Below are positions 46,386 to 56,393 of a DNA stretch of 64,000 nucleotides, in pieces. Both the position numbers and the translations under genes were made by a program. The notes under the pieces are model-generated. The model had not been told where the DNA came from. It saw only the letters and a program-made list of their open reading frames with translations, and ran no database searches. Position 1 is the stretch's first letter, and each line of letters begins with the position of its first letter. Source of the DNA: an uncultured Lentisphaerales bacterium. Lineage in GTDB: Bacteria > Verrucomicrobiota > Lentisphaeria > JABSQK01 > UBA12247. The stretch is taken from contig CALSSJ010000005.1 in NCBI GenBank assembly GCA_943788985.1, positions 32,001-96,000 of the forward strand, given 5' to 3'.

Positions 46386-47217
46386 CGTCGAAATATCGGT
46401 CGTTATCCCGACGTTCAACCGTGCCCAGACATTGGGCCGTGCCCTGAAGTCGGTGCTGACCCAGGATGAGCCCGCGGATGAGCTTATCGTGGTGGACGAT
46501 GGCAGTACCGATGAGACCGCCGTGCTGCTGGCGCAGGAGTATCCGCAGGTGAGGGTGATTCGGCAAGAGAATCAAGGCGTGAGCGCGGCCCGAAACACTG
46601 GGATTGGGGCTGCGGCCCACCCTTGGCTCGCCTTCTTGGATTCCGATGATGAGTGGCTGCCGAGTAAGCTGGCGGTGCAACGTCGTGCGCTTGCGGAGCA
46701 CCCGGAGCTACGGTTCTGCCATGCCGACGAGATTTGGATCCGGAACGGAAAACGGGTAAACCCGATGAAAAAGCACGCGAAACAAGGCGGCTGGATTTAC
46801 GATCAGTGCTTGGCCCTGTGCTGCATCTCTCCGTCGGCTGTGGTGATGCACCGTAGTATTTTCGAAGAAGTCGGGTTGTTTGACGTCTCCTTGCCAGCAG
46901 CGGAGGACTACGATCTCTGGCTGCGGCTGTGCGCCAGATACGAAGTCTTGTTTGTGAGTGAGAAATTGCTGACCCGCTATGGCGGGCATCAAGATCAGCT
47001 GTCGCAGAAGTATTGGGGCATGGATCGGTTCCGCGTGGTGGCGCTTAGCAAGATGTTGCGGAGTTCGCAACTCCCGGAAACACAGCGCTGCGCGACGGTG
47101 GAGATGCTGTGTAGGAAGCTGCGGGTGTTAAACAATGGTGCCCGTAAGCGTGAGAACTGTGAGTTGGCGTCTGAGTGCCGGAAAATGGCAGCTGAGTTTG
47201 GCATTTCACTTGCGTAG
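46360..47217 (+). CDS. Family 2 glycosyltransferase
   Basis: SVVIPTFNR, VVDDGSTD, NQGVSAARN, FLDSDD and EDYDLWLR motifs. Confidence 0.92.
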   Translation: MSRLRTRHSVEISVVIPTFNRAQTLGRALKSVLTQDEPADELIVVDDGSTDETAVLLAQEYPQVRVIRQENQGVSAARNTGIGAAAHPWLAFLDSDDEWLPSKLAVQRRALAEHPELRFCHADEIWIRNGKRVNPMKKHAKQGGWIYDQCLALCCISPSAVVMHRSIFEEVGLFDVSLPAAEDYDLWLRLCARYEVLFVSEKLLTRYGGHQDQLSQKYWGMDRFRVVALSKMLRSSQLPETQRCATVEMLCRKLRVLNNGARKRENCELASECRKMAAEFGISLA

Positions 47218-47272
47218 CGCGACGCTCACGGCACAGTGCGAGTGGTCGTTACCGTTGGATAATTGAGGAACC

Positions 47273-48925
47273 ATGCGTACGCTGATTATTCTGTGGATTT
47301 CGTCCGTGCTTCCCGCCTGTGGGCTGCAGGTGGAATCTGCGCGCTGGGGATTCAATGGCAAGGTCGTTGCAGAGCGAGTAAATGTGCTCAACGTGCTGGT
47401 GTATAATGATACAGGGCAGGCCAGTAACGGGGATTTGCAGCTCGTCCAGACTAGTGGCATTGGGCGAATCGACGCGATTTTAGCTCGGGCTGACTACTTG
47501 GGGCCTGGCCAGCGCCGCTGGGTGCAATTCACTCCTTACGTAGGTACTCATTCCAGTGGCAATTGGCAGCTGCGCTGGGGCCGCGACGGCCGCGATCGCC
47601 ACCAACTGTCCGCGCCGGATGTTGGCGCTCGCGCAGTCGTGGTGCTGCAGCCACGCGCCGTGCAGCCTGGGCGACGGAAATTGCCCGGCTATGCGGAGAA
47701 TCTGTTTCCTCCGACTGTGTGTGCGACCGATGCGCTCGCTGGGGTTGTTCTTGGTCATATGCCAGAGTGGGAGCCGACGAGAGAAGCCGCCTTTCTGGAT
47801 TGGCTGTTCCGTGGCGGCGTGGTCCACCTAGCGGAGACTGATGGCGGTGTTCCGCTTCGCTTCGAAGGGGCGCTGGCCTTGCTGAATCAACCCGGCGCAC
47901 GCTTTCGGCATGGTAATGGGCACATCGTGCGACATCGAGTTCGTGTGAGTGAACTTACACCGGCATTGCTTGCCGCCTCTGGGTTCCGGATTCCCGGAAC
48001 GTCGCAGCAACCGCTAAAGCAAAACTATAGCATGAGGAACAGCTCACAAAATCTGTTCCGGCTCCTTGGCAGTTGTGTGAGCCCACAGCACAACTGGACC
48101 CTGATCTACATCTTGGCAGGGTTATACCTGATCTTGATTGCTCCGGTAAATTATCTAATTGGGCGCAAGGCGAAGCGCCATTGGTTGTCCTTGGGCTTCT
48201 TTCTTGCTGTGGTCACGGTCTTTTCGATCATCATGAGCGTGATTGGCAGGAAGGGATATGGCACGGAAAGCCGCACATTCGCCGTGGGGTACGCGCGCGA
48301 TCTGGGCAATGGTCGGGCCGACGTGACCCAGTGGGCGACCGCGTTCGTCGCCAAGCGCAATCGCTACAAGATCGTATCAGATGCCCAACAGAGCATCCTC
48401 TCCGCGGCCCAGCCGAACGAGTCGGTAGACGGGGTGATTCGCAATGGGCCTAAGGCGGAGTTTGACGTCGAGATTCCGGTATACTCCAAACGTCAGTTTC
48501 TACATCGTGGGGTCTGGGAGCTTGCGACACCTGTGGTGAGCGTTCAGGGCGGTACCTATACGGTGAAAAGCGACCTTGAGCTTCTGGACGTAATACTGTG
48601 GCAAGGGGGAAAACTGCAGAGGACCAGTAAAAATGGTAACATTTTTTCCGGCGCACGCGCGATCGATTACTACGGTCACACTCGAATCGCTAACGGCAAA
48701 GACGTGACCGAGATTCCGCACTTGGAGCTTTTAGCGGTAGCGGTGGACGGGCTTGAAATCTCTGGCCAGAGAGAGGAACTTCCGCCGCTTACGGATGGGC
48801 AGCAGCATGTATTCGTCTCGGTCCTGGCGCCTGATTCGTTGTCGCCGGCGCGGACGTTCGGGGACTATCGCGGGGTGATCACATTTCACTGTATTGCACA
48901 GGTAGCCGGGGACGTAGAGGAGTAA
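47273..48925 (+). CDS. Hypothetical membrane protein (exported N-domain plus two TMs) coupled to an ABC ATPase
   Basis: Long ORF with a signal peptide and two central TMs (YLILIAPVNY). Ends 3 nt before the ABC gene. Confidence 0.75.
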   Translation: MRTLIILWISSVLPACGLQVESARWGFNGKVVAERVNVLNVLVYNDTGQASNGDLQLVQTSGIGRIDAILARADYLGPGQRRWVQFTPYVGTHSSGNWQLRWGRDGRDRHQLSAPDVGARAVVVLQPRAVQPGRRKLPGYAENLFPPTVCATDALAGVVLGHMPEWEPTREAAFLDWLFRGGVVHLAETDGGVPLRFEGALALLNQPGARFRHGNGHIVRHRVRVSELTPALLAASGFRIPGTSQQPLKQNYSMRNSSQNLFRLLGSCVSPQHNWTLIYILAGLYLILIAPVNYLIGRKAKRHWLSLGFFLAVVTVFSIIMSVIGRKGYGTESRTFAVGYARDLGNGRADVTQWATAFVAKRNRYKIVSDAQQSILSAAQPNESVDGVIRNGPKAEFDVEIPVYSKRQFLHRGVWELATPVVSVQGGTYTVKSDLELLDVILWQGGKLQRTSKNGNIFSGARAIDYYGHTRIANGKDVTEIPHLELLAVAVDGLEISGQREELPPLTDGQQHVFVSVLAPDSLSPARTFGDYRGVITFHCIAQVAGDVEE

Positions 48926-48928
48926 CGG

Positions 48929-49894
48929 ATGACGGAAATGGGCGAAAACAGGAAACTTGCGATTGAGGTCCATGACCTTCGGCATTCCTACAAGAAGCAC
49001 CAGGCGCTCTCCGGGGTTTCCTTTCAGATCCATGAGGGCTCTGTGCATGGCTTTGTCGGGCCCAATGGCGCTGGCAAAACCACCACCCTAAAAATCTTGG
49101 CGACGCTGCTGAAACCGCAGCATGGCAGCGTGCGCGTGTTTGGGCATGACGTGGTTCAGGACTGCAAGCAGGTGCGCCGCATCATTGGCTTCATGCCCGA
49201 CCATTTTAGTATGTATCGGCAGATGACTGTGTTCGAGTACCTGGATTTTTTCGGCGCTGCGTATGGGCTGAATATGGATCAGCGTAACGCGGTGATTAAG
49301 GATGTGCTTGAGTTGACGGACATGTACGAGCGGCGGGATGATCTGATCAAGGGACTGTCTCGCGGTATGGAGCAGCGTGTGAGCCTAGCTCGCGTTCTGG
49401 TGCATGACCCGAAGGTGCTGTTTTTGGATGAGCCGGCATCTGGGCTCGATCCGCGCGCCCGGATCGAGTTGATGGACATCCTCACGACTTTGCGCGAAAT
49501 GGGGAAAACTGTCTTCATCAGTTCCCACATTCTCAGCGAGCTTGGCGACCTGTGCGACAGCTTCACGATCATTGATCGCGGTGAAACCAAGTTCTGCGGT
49601 CCTCGTGCTGGCCTGCGGGCACTCCGTGGGAATGCGACCTATATTTTGGAGGCGACAGGGCACGCCGACGAGATCAGGGAACAGCTTGAGGCACTCGAAG
49701 GGATCGATTCGGTTAAGGTCTTGGAGAACCACGCGCAGTTTCGGATTCGCTTTGACGATCGATCGGCGGACACGAATGCGATCCTGAGTACAGCGATTGC
49801 CGCTGGCGCGACCATTGTCAGCTTTGCGCCAGACGCTGCCGAACTACAACGCGCGTTTATGGACCTTACCAGCCCGGGTGTGCGCGAGAGTTGA
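48929..49894 (+). CDS. ABC transporter ATP-binding protein (ABC-2 type)
   Basis: GPNGAGKTT, LSRGMEQR, LDEPASGLDP and SSHIL motifs. Confidence 0.95.
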   Translation: MTEMGENRKLAIEVHDLRHSYKKHQALSGVSFQIHEGSVHGFVGPNGAGKTTTLKILATLLKPQHGSVRVFGHDVVQDCKQVRRIIGFMPDHFSMYRQMTVFEYLDFFGAAYGLNMDQRNAVIKDVLELTDMYERRDDLIKGLSRGMEQRVSLARVLVHDPKVLFLDEPASGLDPRARIELMDILTTLREMGKTVFISSHILSELGDLCDSFTIIDRGETKFCGPRAGLRALRGNATYILEATGHADEIREQLEALEGIDSVKVLENHAQFRIRFDDRSADTNAILSTAIAAGATIVSFAPDAAELQRAFMDLTSPGVRES

Positions 49895-50567
49895 GCCGCC
49901 GACGAATAATGGAGCGCAGCTCCTCGCCTAGTCCTCTTTGCGCACATCCAATTCGGGCGTATTTCCCACTACGGCCAGCTCTCCGTCAAAAACGCTGAGA
50001 AGCTGCTCCAGGCGATTTCGGCGCTGGACAACAGCGACTCCATCCCTACTGGCAGTATGCTTTTCTGAGTTGCGGCGACCTGCGCGAAGGCTTCGCCCGG
50101 GTGCGCTGCCCAGATTGTGGCCACAGCCTGTTCGTCGCATTTTCCTGTAAGCAGCGCGGCATCTGCCCAAGCTGCCATCAAAAACGTATGCTGGTCACCG
50201 CCATCAATATCGCAGAGAACGTCGCAGACCCTCAAACGAGATGTACCGGATCTCGGTGAAGACTGGATCTTGCTTGGAAAGAACAAGGCATTCGCCATGG
50301 ACGTCCTTGGTGATCGGGGCTTGGCTGATTTGCTAAGACATGCACCAAATGAATTCAGAATAATTGTTGGCGGACGAAGTGTGAAGGTATTGGCGGGATT
50401 TTCTTGCAGTCATGCGGAGACTGATACGCCATCGGATGTTTTCATTCTCGCTAAAGGAATCGTAACAGAAACACAGAGGTTAGCGTGGATGATCAATGTG
50501 GCGCGGGCCATATTAAATGCCTTGCACAAAGCCAACTGCATTGAGCCGTAAGAAAGTCAGGCAAGGT

Positions 50568-50660
50568 AGGTAACAATCGCATTGAGCATACTCTTCAAAC
50601 TGCGCTTCGCGCGCAAACGTGCTAGGCTCCAGTCAAAACGACTCAAGTTCGTAGTTCGGC
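50568..50660 (+). mobile_element. Degenerate integron attC-like site
   Basis: Begins aggtAAC, has inner ttgag/ctcaa arms and a central gcgc-ttc-gcgc hairpin, ends GTTcggc 7 nt before an ATG. Confidence 0.5.
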
Positions 50661-50667
50661 GAAAGAA

Positions 50668-51129
50668 ATGAAAAAAGAAACTAAGAGAATCATCTTTGCC
50701 TTCGCTCTAGCGCCGCTCGCAGTGATCTTAGTTAACACTGGCTTCTCGGTATATTTTTTCATCGAGTCCTTTTTTGAGCCTCCACCTTCTCCAGATGCTC
50801 TTGTTTGGCCAGACCCGAAAAAGCCGTGGGAGTTCGTCTTTTTGTTTTCGCTCTATGGTGTTCCGATTGCACATCTTACATTGCCCATTATCTGGTATCC
50901 GCTTTACGGGTTATTAAAAACAAGAAAGAAAGTGAATAGCATCAGCATTATCTTGCTTGCTGCCGCCTGCTCAATACCGGCCATTGTCTTCTTTGGTCGA
51001 CCACATTCGTTTGGCAGCATCGCAGTTTTTCTTATACCACACGGGCTTGCTGTCTCATTTGCATTCCTCTGGCTATCGGGCCTTAAATTAACCAATCAAG
51101 CCGAACCAGACCCAGTGGGCAACGGCTGA
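50668..51129 (+). CDS. Low-GC four-TM membrane protein, probable gene cassette
   Basis: AT-rich compared with the flanks, bracketed by attC-like sites, with the stop codon inside the downstream site. Confidence 0.75.
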   Translation: MKKETKRIIFAFALAPLAVILVNTGFSVYFFIESFFEPPPSPDALVWPDPKKPWEFVFLFSLYGVPIAHLTLPIIWYPLYGLLKTRKKVNSISIILLAAACSIPAIVFFGRPHSFGSIAVFLIPHGLAVSFAFLWLSGLKLTNQAEPDPVGNG

Positions 51130-51155
51130 GGCCGCGTCCATGCTCTACGTTCGAT
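51100..51155 (+). mobile_element. Integron attC-like site
   Basis: gccgAAC ... tgggc.acggc/gccg.gtcca ... GTTcgat; the outer cgaac/gttcg arms are complementary. Confidence 0.6.
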
Positions 51156-51495
51156 GAGATAAAGACGAAACAGATCTTCGGAAAACTACTGACGATTCTC
51201 GGGTTCAAGCGAAAGAAGCCGACGGCCAAGCCCGGACGCATTGCACGTTGCTGTGAGCATTACACCTTCCCATCCGCTATCGTATCAACATTAGGGGAAA
51301 AGGAATTTCCTATCAGTTAGTGGCAGGCGGGCCTCGAGGCTTACCGCCATACTGGCGGGGTCAACTTTTACCAGAATGTCGTCGGGCAGATACTGACGGG
51401 CGTCCCAGGCCATCATGTTGCGGATGGGGTCGTCTGTGAGCGCTTCCAAGCCCCGAAACTGGGCGTTGCGAACTCCGCAAATCAGTTATCAGTTG

Positions 51496-52317
51496 CTAAA
51501 GTCCGAATACCTTGCCCTTTTCGATCATCTCTGAGACGTTGTCTGGGGTCACCAGTAGATAGCGCGAGTCGAAGGCAGCTTGGGGATCTTTGGGAAGCTC
51601 TTCGCCGTAGGATCCGGTCGGATTCACGGCCATGGCTGCCACGATGGTCCCATTCTTGATATCGTCCCCCATTCCCACCAACATCTGGCCCAACATGACC
51701 ACCTTGGCCGGAGAATCTCCCTGCAGGCATTTCAAGGTGCGCCATTCAGCTGGGGGAGCACCGAGAAAGATGATCATCGTTGTGGTTGGGTACTTCGCCA
51801 CAGCTTCTTCGTATTGGGCGAATGAAGGTGACATCGCCGCGGCAATCTCTTCGATTGTTGGCTTCTTGTCCAGGCCTGTGGCCACGACAGTGAAGTCCTC
51901 CACATGGAGTATCTCAACCTTCCCGTCCAAGGCAGCAATCAGTACTCCTCCAGGCGCGGCTCCCAACAGAGCTTCCCTCATGCCTGCTCCTTTTACCTGC
52001 GTCATCTGGCGGATGGGACCGCTCGGGTCAAACACGACTGCTTTGCTGTCTGGATGTGTGGTTTGCAGATAGTCTGCGATATACTGGTACGCAACTGTAC
52101 GGGCTTTAGCTTCGCGTTGGGTCAATTCTTGCATTTCTTCTATTCCGGCGCTGGCTGCTCGCTTCATCCCAAAAACACCACCAATAATGAGCAACATCAT
52201 GCCCAGTCCCGCTAGGCCCAGTAGCCAGCCCCAAAGCTGCCGCTTGGCTATCGCGAAATAGAAACCAAGAATGGTACAGGCGACGCAGCCCAAGCAAAAA
52301 ATTACTGCAGCGATCAT
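51496..52317 (-). CDS. Hypothetical membrane-anchored protein
   Basis: 273-aa ORF with two N-terminal TM helices and a soluble alpha/beta domain. Confidence 0.7.
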   Translation of the reverse strand: MIAAVIFCLGCVACTILGFYFAIAKRQLWGWLLGLAGLGMMLLIIGGVFGMKRAASAGIEEMQELTQREAKARTVAYQYIADYLQTTHPDSKAVVFDPSGPIRQMTQVKGAGMREALLGAAPGGVLIAALDGKVEILHVEDFTVVATGLDKKPTIEEIAAAMSPSFAQYEEAVAKYPTTTMIIFLGAPPAEWRTLKCLQGDSPAKVVMLGQMLVGMGDDIKNGTIVAAMAVNPTGSYGEELPKDPQAAFDSRYLLVTPDNVSEMIEKGKVFGL

Positions 52318-52446
52318 GACCGCAACACTAATGCCATTGTGCCCTCCATACTAAATCCCTCTCTTGTGGTATTTTTCCTATGCCTTTCTTAAATTGACTC
52401 CGGTGTTGGAAAGCGCTACCTCAGAAAAAGAATCATGAGCGAAAAA

Positions 52447-52782
52447 TTAACCGCGCTCGTGATCGGTTAATGATTCTCGTTCCGCGGGAAAGCAGCGACG
52501 TATCGGATCGACGATGCGGTCGATGGACATCGCACCGCAGGTAAAGATATCGATCGCGGCATAGCCTTCGGCTGGCCAGGTGTGAACGCTGATGTGTGAC
52601 TCCGCCAGCATCAAAAAGCCGGTGAGGCCCTCGGGTTTAAACTCATGAAATCGGGTATGGAGGATCGTCGCACCAGCCGCTCGTGCACCTTCTTCGAGGC
52701 AGGACTTCCAGGCATCGGCATCATTGAGTGAGGCGCGGTCGGCGACCCAGATGTCGAACAGGATGTGGCGTCGCGCAGCCAT
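52447..52782 (-). CDS. speD: S-adenosylmethionine decarboxylase proenzyme (short type)
   Basis: LAESHISVHTWP..GYAAIDIFTCG with the E-S self-cleavage site. Confidence 0.92.
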   Translation of the reverse strand: MAARRHILFDIWVADRASLNDADAWKSCLEEGARAAGATILHTRFHEFKPEGLTGFLMLAESHISVHTWPAEGYAAIDIFTCGAMSIDRIVDPIRRCFPAERESLTDHERG

Positions 52783-54326
52783 CAGCGCCAGTTCCGCGAG
52801 GCGGCTTCGTAGTAACTCAAGACCGCTGGCCGATCGAGGGTCGAGATGTTCACTTCGATTTTCGCAGTATCGGCCGGAAAACTCAGGCCAGCCTGAAAGG
52901 TGGCGGCGTTCAGAAATTTCACGGGGACCGTCGGCGCATAGTTCTGTGGTTCAAGAGGTGCTTTGGCGGCCAGGACGAACCCCCAGTTGCCGAAGGAGGG
53001 CACTTGAACGTGGAACGGGGTGACCGCCAGGCCAGTCTGACGGATGGTCTCGACAATCGACCAGTAGGCGTGACGGGCAAAGAACGGCGACGTGGCCTGC
53101 ACTGCGATCACGCCGCCCGGCGCCAGACGCCGCTGCAGGAGCTGGTAGAATACGCCGCTGTAGAGTTTGCAGAGCGCTTCGTTGCGGGGATCGGGAAGAT
53201 CACTGAGAATGACGTCATAGTACTCGTTGGTCTCGGCGACATGGTTAAAGGCATCGGCGTTGATGATGGTGACACGCGGGGCTGACAGCGCGTTGTCGTT
53301 TGCCTCGCGAAGCAGATGATGGTCCTGGCCGAGGCGGGTCACGGCGGGGTCGATGTCTACCAGGGTGATCGCTTGGACCGTCTCGTGCTTGAGCACTTGG
53401 CGGACAGCCAGGCCGTCGCCGCCGCCAAGAATGAGGACGCGGCGCGGGCTGGTTGCCAGTGACATGGCCGGATGAACGAGCGCCTCGTGGTAGCGATATT
53501 CATCGAGCAGACTGAATTGGAGCGAGCCATCCAGGAATAGGCGCAGGTCGTTTTTGTAGCGGGTCATGATGATTTTCTGGTACGACGTCTGCTCTGAGTA
53601 GACGATGCGGTCGCTATAGAGGTTGCGCTCGTAGAAGCTGCTGAGACTACTGGCGCGCACCAGGCCTGCGATGAGCAGAACGGCCGCAATTCCAACCAAG
53701 CAGATTGAGCGGCGCCAAGAGGGCAGGCGATCGCGAAACACCGCGACCACCGCACCGGCAACCAGTAGATTCAACAGGCCCGTAGCAAAGGCAGTGCCCA
53801 ACAGTCCGAGCACCGGCAGCAGCACCAGGGGAAACAGCAGTGAGCCGATGAGCGCGCCGAGGTAGTCGACGCTGAGGATGTGGGCAAGGTGATCTTTGAG
53901 CGGGCCTCGCTCGCTGACCAGGCGCGTGAGCAGTGGAATCTCAAGTCCCATGCAGCCGCCAATGATCAGAATGGCTGCGAACATCGCAATGTAAAAGTAG
54001 CTGGTAAAGGCGAAGATACCCATCAGCAAAGCGGCGGCACCGCCGCCGCAGATACCGGTCACGACTTCGACCGTGACGAAGACCCCCAGCACGTCCCGTT
54101 GCACAAAGCGCGACAGGTAGCTGCCGACCCCCATCGCGAAGAGGAACGAGCCGATCGTGATCGAGAAGTGGGTGACGCTGCTCCCCAGTAGATAGGAGGA
54201 AAGCGTCCCGATGATCAGCTCATAGACCAACCCGCAGATCGAGATGACCCACACTGAGACCAGCAACAGCGAAATTTGGCGTCGACTCAGGGGCTCTGGT
54301 TTGGGAGTCTCTGACGGGGTGCTCAT
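52782..54326 (-). CDS. speE: Membrane-fused polyamine aminopropyltransferase (spermidine synthase-like)
   Basis: N-terminal multi-TM domain (GLVYEL, GLEIPLL, DYLG), then DEYRYHEALVHP, LILGGGDG and DLPDP. Confidence 0.9.
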   Translation of the reverse strand: MSTPSETPKPEPLSRRQISLLLVSVWVISICGLVYELIIGTLSSYLLGSSVTHFSITIGSFLFAMGVGSYLSRFVQRDVLGVFVTVEVVTGICGGGAAALLMGIFAFTSYFYIAMFAAILIIGGCMGLEIPLLTRLVSERGPLKDHLAHILSVDYLGALIGSLLFPLVLLPVLGLLGTAFATGLLNLLVAGAVVAVFRDRLPSWRRSICLVGIAAVLLIAGLVRASSLSSFYERNLYSDRIVYSEQTSYQKIIMTRYKNDLRLFLDGSLQFSLLDEYRYHEALVHPAMSLATSPRRVLILGGGDGLAVRQVLKHETVQAITLVDIDPAVTRLGQDHHLLREANDNALSAPRVTIINADAFNHVAETNEYYDVILSDLPDPRNEALCKLYSGVFYQLLQRRLAPGGVIAVQATSPFFARHAYWSIVETIRQTGLAVTPFHVQVPSFGNWGFVLAAKAPLEPQNYAPTVPVKFLNAATFQAGLSFPADTAKIEVNISTLDRPAVLSYYEAASRNWR

Positions 54327-54345
54327 CGCAGGGGAGCGGATGTCC

Positions 54346-54633
54346 TCATTTCATTGCGGCGGCGATGATGATGCCGATGCCAATGAATACGCCGGCCATC
54401 ATCACCCCAATTGAAGTGTTCTGGTCCACTGCCAGTTCCTTGCGTAAGTCTAGCTTCAGAACTTTGTCGAACAGCACATAGCCAGCCATAAACAGGACCA
54501 GGCCGATGAGTCCATAAATCAAGGTTGAGGCTATGGCCGCGCCCGACAGGTCGTCTGCGGCCGTGGATTGGGCTTGCATCATGGGGACTGCCAACAGGCA
54601 GAAGGCGACCCAGTTTCTTACTTGCTTGAACAT
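54346..54633 (-). CDS. DUF350 family small membrane protein
   Basis: YGLIGLVL...FDK...DLRKEL..DQN.SIG...AG pattern. Confidence 0.8.
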   Translation of the reverse strand: MFKQVRNWVAFCLLAVPMMQAQSTAADDLSGAAIASTLIYGLIGLVLFMAGYVLFDKVLKLDLRKELAVDQNTSIGVMMAGVFIGIGIIIAAAMK

Positions 54634-54679
54634 GAGGATGTCTCCGTTATGTGTTGAAAAGTTGAAGGTGCGGGGTGCA

Positions 54680-54862
54680 TTATTTTCCCCCGCGGTAGCC
54701 ACGGCCGCTGAACCACGGGCCGAAAACGCTTTGGTTCCGTACGCTCTGCTGGACGGAGCGGTCCAGTCGGTTCAAGCCGACTCCAGTCCGGGAGGCGAAG
54801 GTTGACGCGCCCAGGCCACCAGCCATCACTCCCACGGCTAGCCAACGAAATAGTGTGCTCAC
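54680..54862 (-). CDS. Small membrane-anchored peptide ending GRGYRGGK
   Basis: 60-aa ORF filling the gap between co-oriented operon genes, with a hydrophobic N-terminus and Gly/Arg-rich tail. Confidence 0.6.
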   Translation of the reverse strand: MSTLFRWLAVGVMAGGLGASTFASRTGVGLNRLDRSVQQSVRNQSVFGPWFSGRGYRGGK

Positions 54863-54874
54863 AGCATGCCCTCC

Positions 54875-56392
54875 TTAATCGCTTTCAAGTTCAATTTTGA
54901 TGCCGCCCGTGATCAGCAGGCCGAGCAAGCAGAAGATGCAGAAGATGACAAAGTAGCGAGTCATCCAGATACCGGACTTGACCGTAATCGTCACCGGCAG
55001 CTTGGCAATGCCCCGCGATGCCTCGAGCTCTGCCAGCAAAGTCAGCGGCCCATTCTCGGTTGGGACAAAATAGCAATTTCCCGAGTAGTCGGATTCGTCC
55101 CACGCTCCCTCTGAGTCGCGGCCAGACTCGTGCCATGTCTCAGCGCCGCCCAAGTAGTAGCGCGTTCCGTCTGCAGCCACTGCCTCCAGTTGGATCACAG
55201 CCCAGGCGCCGGCAGGCATTCTCCCTGACTTAATCTTGATTTGGTGCGGGCGACCGGCTGCCTTCACGTCTATCTGCGGAAACGCGTGGGCCACGCCAGT
55301 CGGGACAGTGGCTGCTTCGTGGTATATCCGCTCGCCAGCAGTCAAGCTGTAGATAGTCCCGCCGATCCCTGCGACCAGCAGGCACCAGAGCACGGCCTTG
55401 GAAAGCCAGACCGCAGCTGGCGCTGCTCCCTTTCCGCCGGGCCCGTAGCCCGTCGCGCCAGCGGCCTCCATCGCCTTGACCAGGTCCTCGTTGCCCAAGG
55501 CGCGCCAGACGTCCAGCTCTCGCAGTGGCGTGACTTTGAACAGTTCGATCTCATTGTCCGTGTATTCGACGCTGTATTGGTTGGAGCCCTTCGCGGCTTC
55601 GATGTAGCGGAATGAATCACCGAGCTTGGCCCGCCAGGTCAGTTCGCCGTCGATGCCGCTGATGCTGGCCTGGCCGCGTTCTGTGATCTTGGCTGCGCCA
55701 TCAGGCGTGGGTAATGTCCGGTCGGTCGCCGGGTCGAATCCCTCCGTGGCTGGGATCGGCTCGGACAGCGTGAAGCCTTTTTCTGGTTCGTAGCAGAGCC
55801 AGAGTACTGCCCCGTCGCTCTGGTTGACGAGCAACCATTCTTCCCAGCGGTAGACCTCGCCGTCGCTGTACTCCTTGAGCCGTAGCCAGCCGACCACCAG
55901 GTACGGCTTTCCGTCCAGGCTGGCGGTCATCCCCGGGCTGATGGGCTGGCATGGTTTGACGTTCCGCTTCTTGCCGACCACCTTGGCCTGGTCGGCACTC
56001 AGGTCCACCACGCTACCACAGAAGCGACAGACCAGCGTGTTCGAGACCTCGCATTGCAGCTTTACACCGCCCCCGCACTGCGGGCACTGCAGGACCTGAA
56101 CTTGCGCCTTTTCCTCTGGTGCGAATGGATCCACGTCGGCGGTTGCTTCGCCAGCCAGGATCGCCAGTTGATGCACTGCCCAGCGATTGTCGGTGCCGAG
56201 TGCGGCTGCCTTGCTCAGGCAGGTGCGCTTGTCCTCCTCATTGCCGCAGACCTGAGCCAGCCACATCCAGGCCAGTTCATGATCAGGATCTTTATCGACG
56301 ACCTCCTGAAGAATCCGAAATGCTGCGTCATTATGCCCCTGACGCGCAGCACGCATTCCGTTCTCGAAATTCTCTTGGAGAGCCTCATCCAT
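54875..56392 (-). CDS. DUF4178 domain protein with N-terminal TPR-like region, zinc ribbon and two TMs
   Basis: CPQCG...CRFCG, W.EWLL...WL and GELTW motifs. Confidence 0.8.
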   Translation of the reverse strand: MDEALQENFENGMRAARQGHNDAAFRILQEVVDKDPDHELAWMWLAQVCGNEEDKRTCLSKAAALGTDNRWAVHQLAILAGEATADVDPFAPEEKAQVQVLQCPQCGGGVKLQCEVSNTLVCRFCGSVVDLSADQAKVVGKKRNVKPCQPISPGMTASLDGKPYLVVGWLRLKEYSDGEVYRWEEWLLVNQSDGAVLWLCYEPEKGFTLSEPIPATEGFDPATDRTLPTPDGAAKITERGQASISGIDGELTWRAKLGDSFRYIEAAKGSNQYSVEYTDNEIELFKVTPLRELDVWRALGNEDLVKAMEAAGATGYGPGGKGAAPAAVWLSKAVLWCLLVAGIGGTIYSLTAGERIYHEAATVPTGVAHAFPQIDVKAAGRPHQIKIKSGRMPAGAWAVIQLEAVAADGTRYYLGGAETWHESGRDSEGAWDESDYSGNCYFVPTENGPLTLLAELEASRGIAKLPVTITVKSGIWMTRYFVIFCIFCLLGLLITGGIKIELESD

Positions 56393-56393
56393 C

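Noticed and set aside
49930..50300. Possible IS or transposase remnant
   Set aside because: The sequence looks decayed, but I see no catalytic motif, terminal inverted repeats or target duplication.
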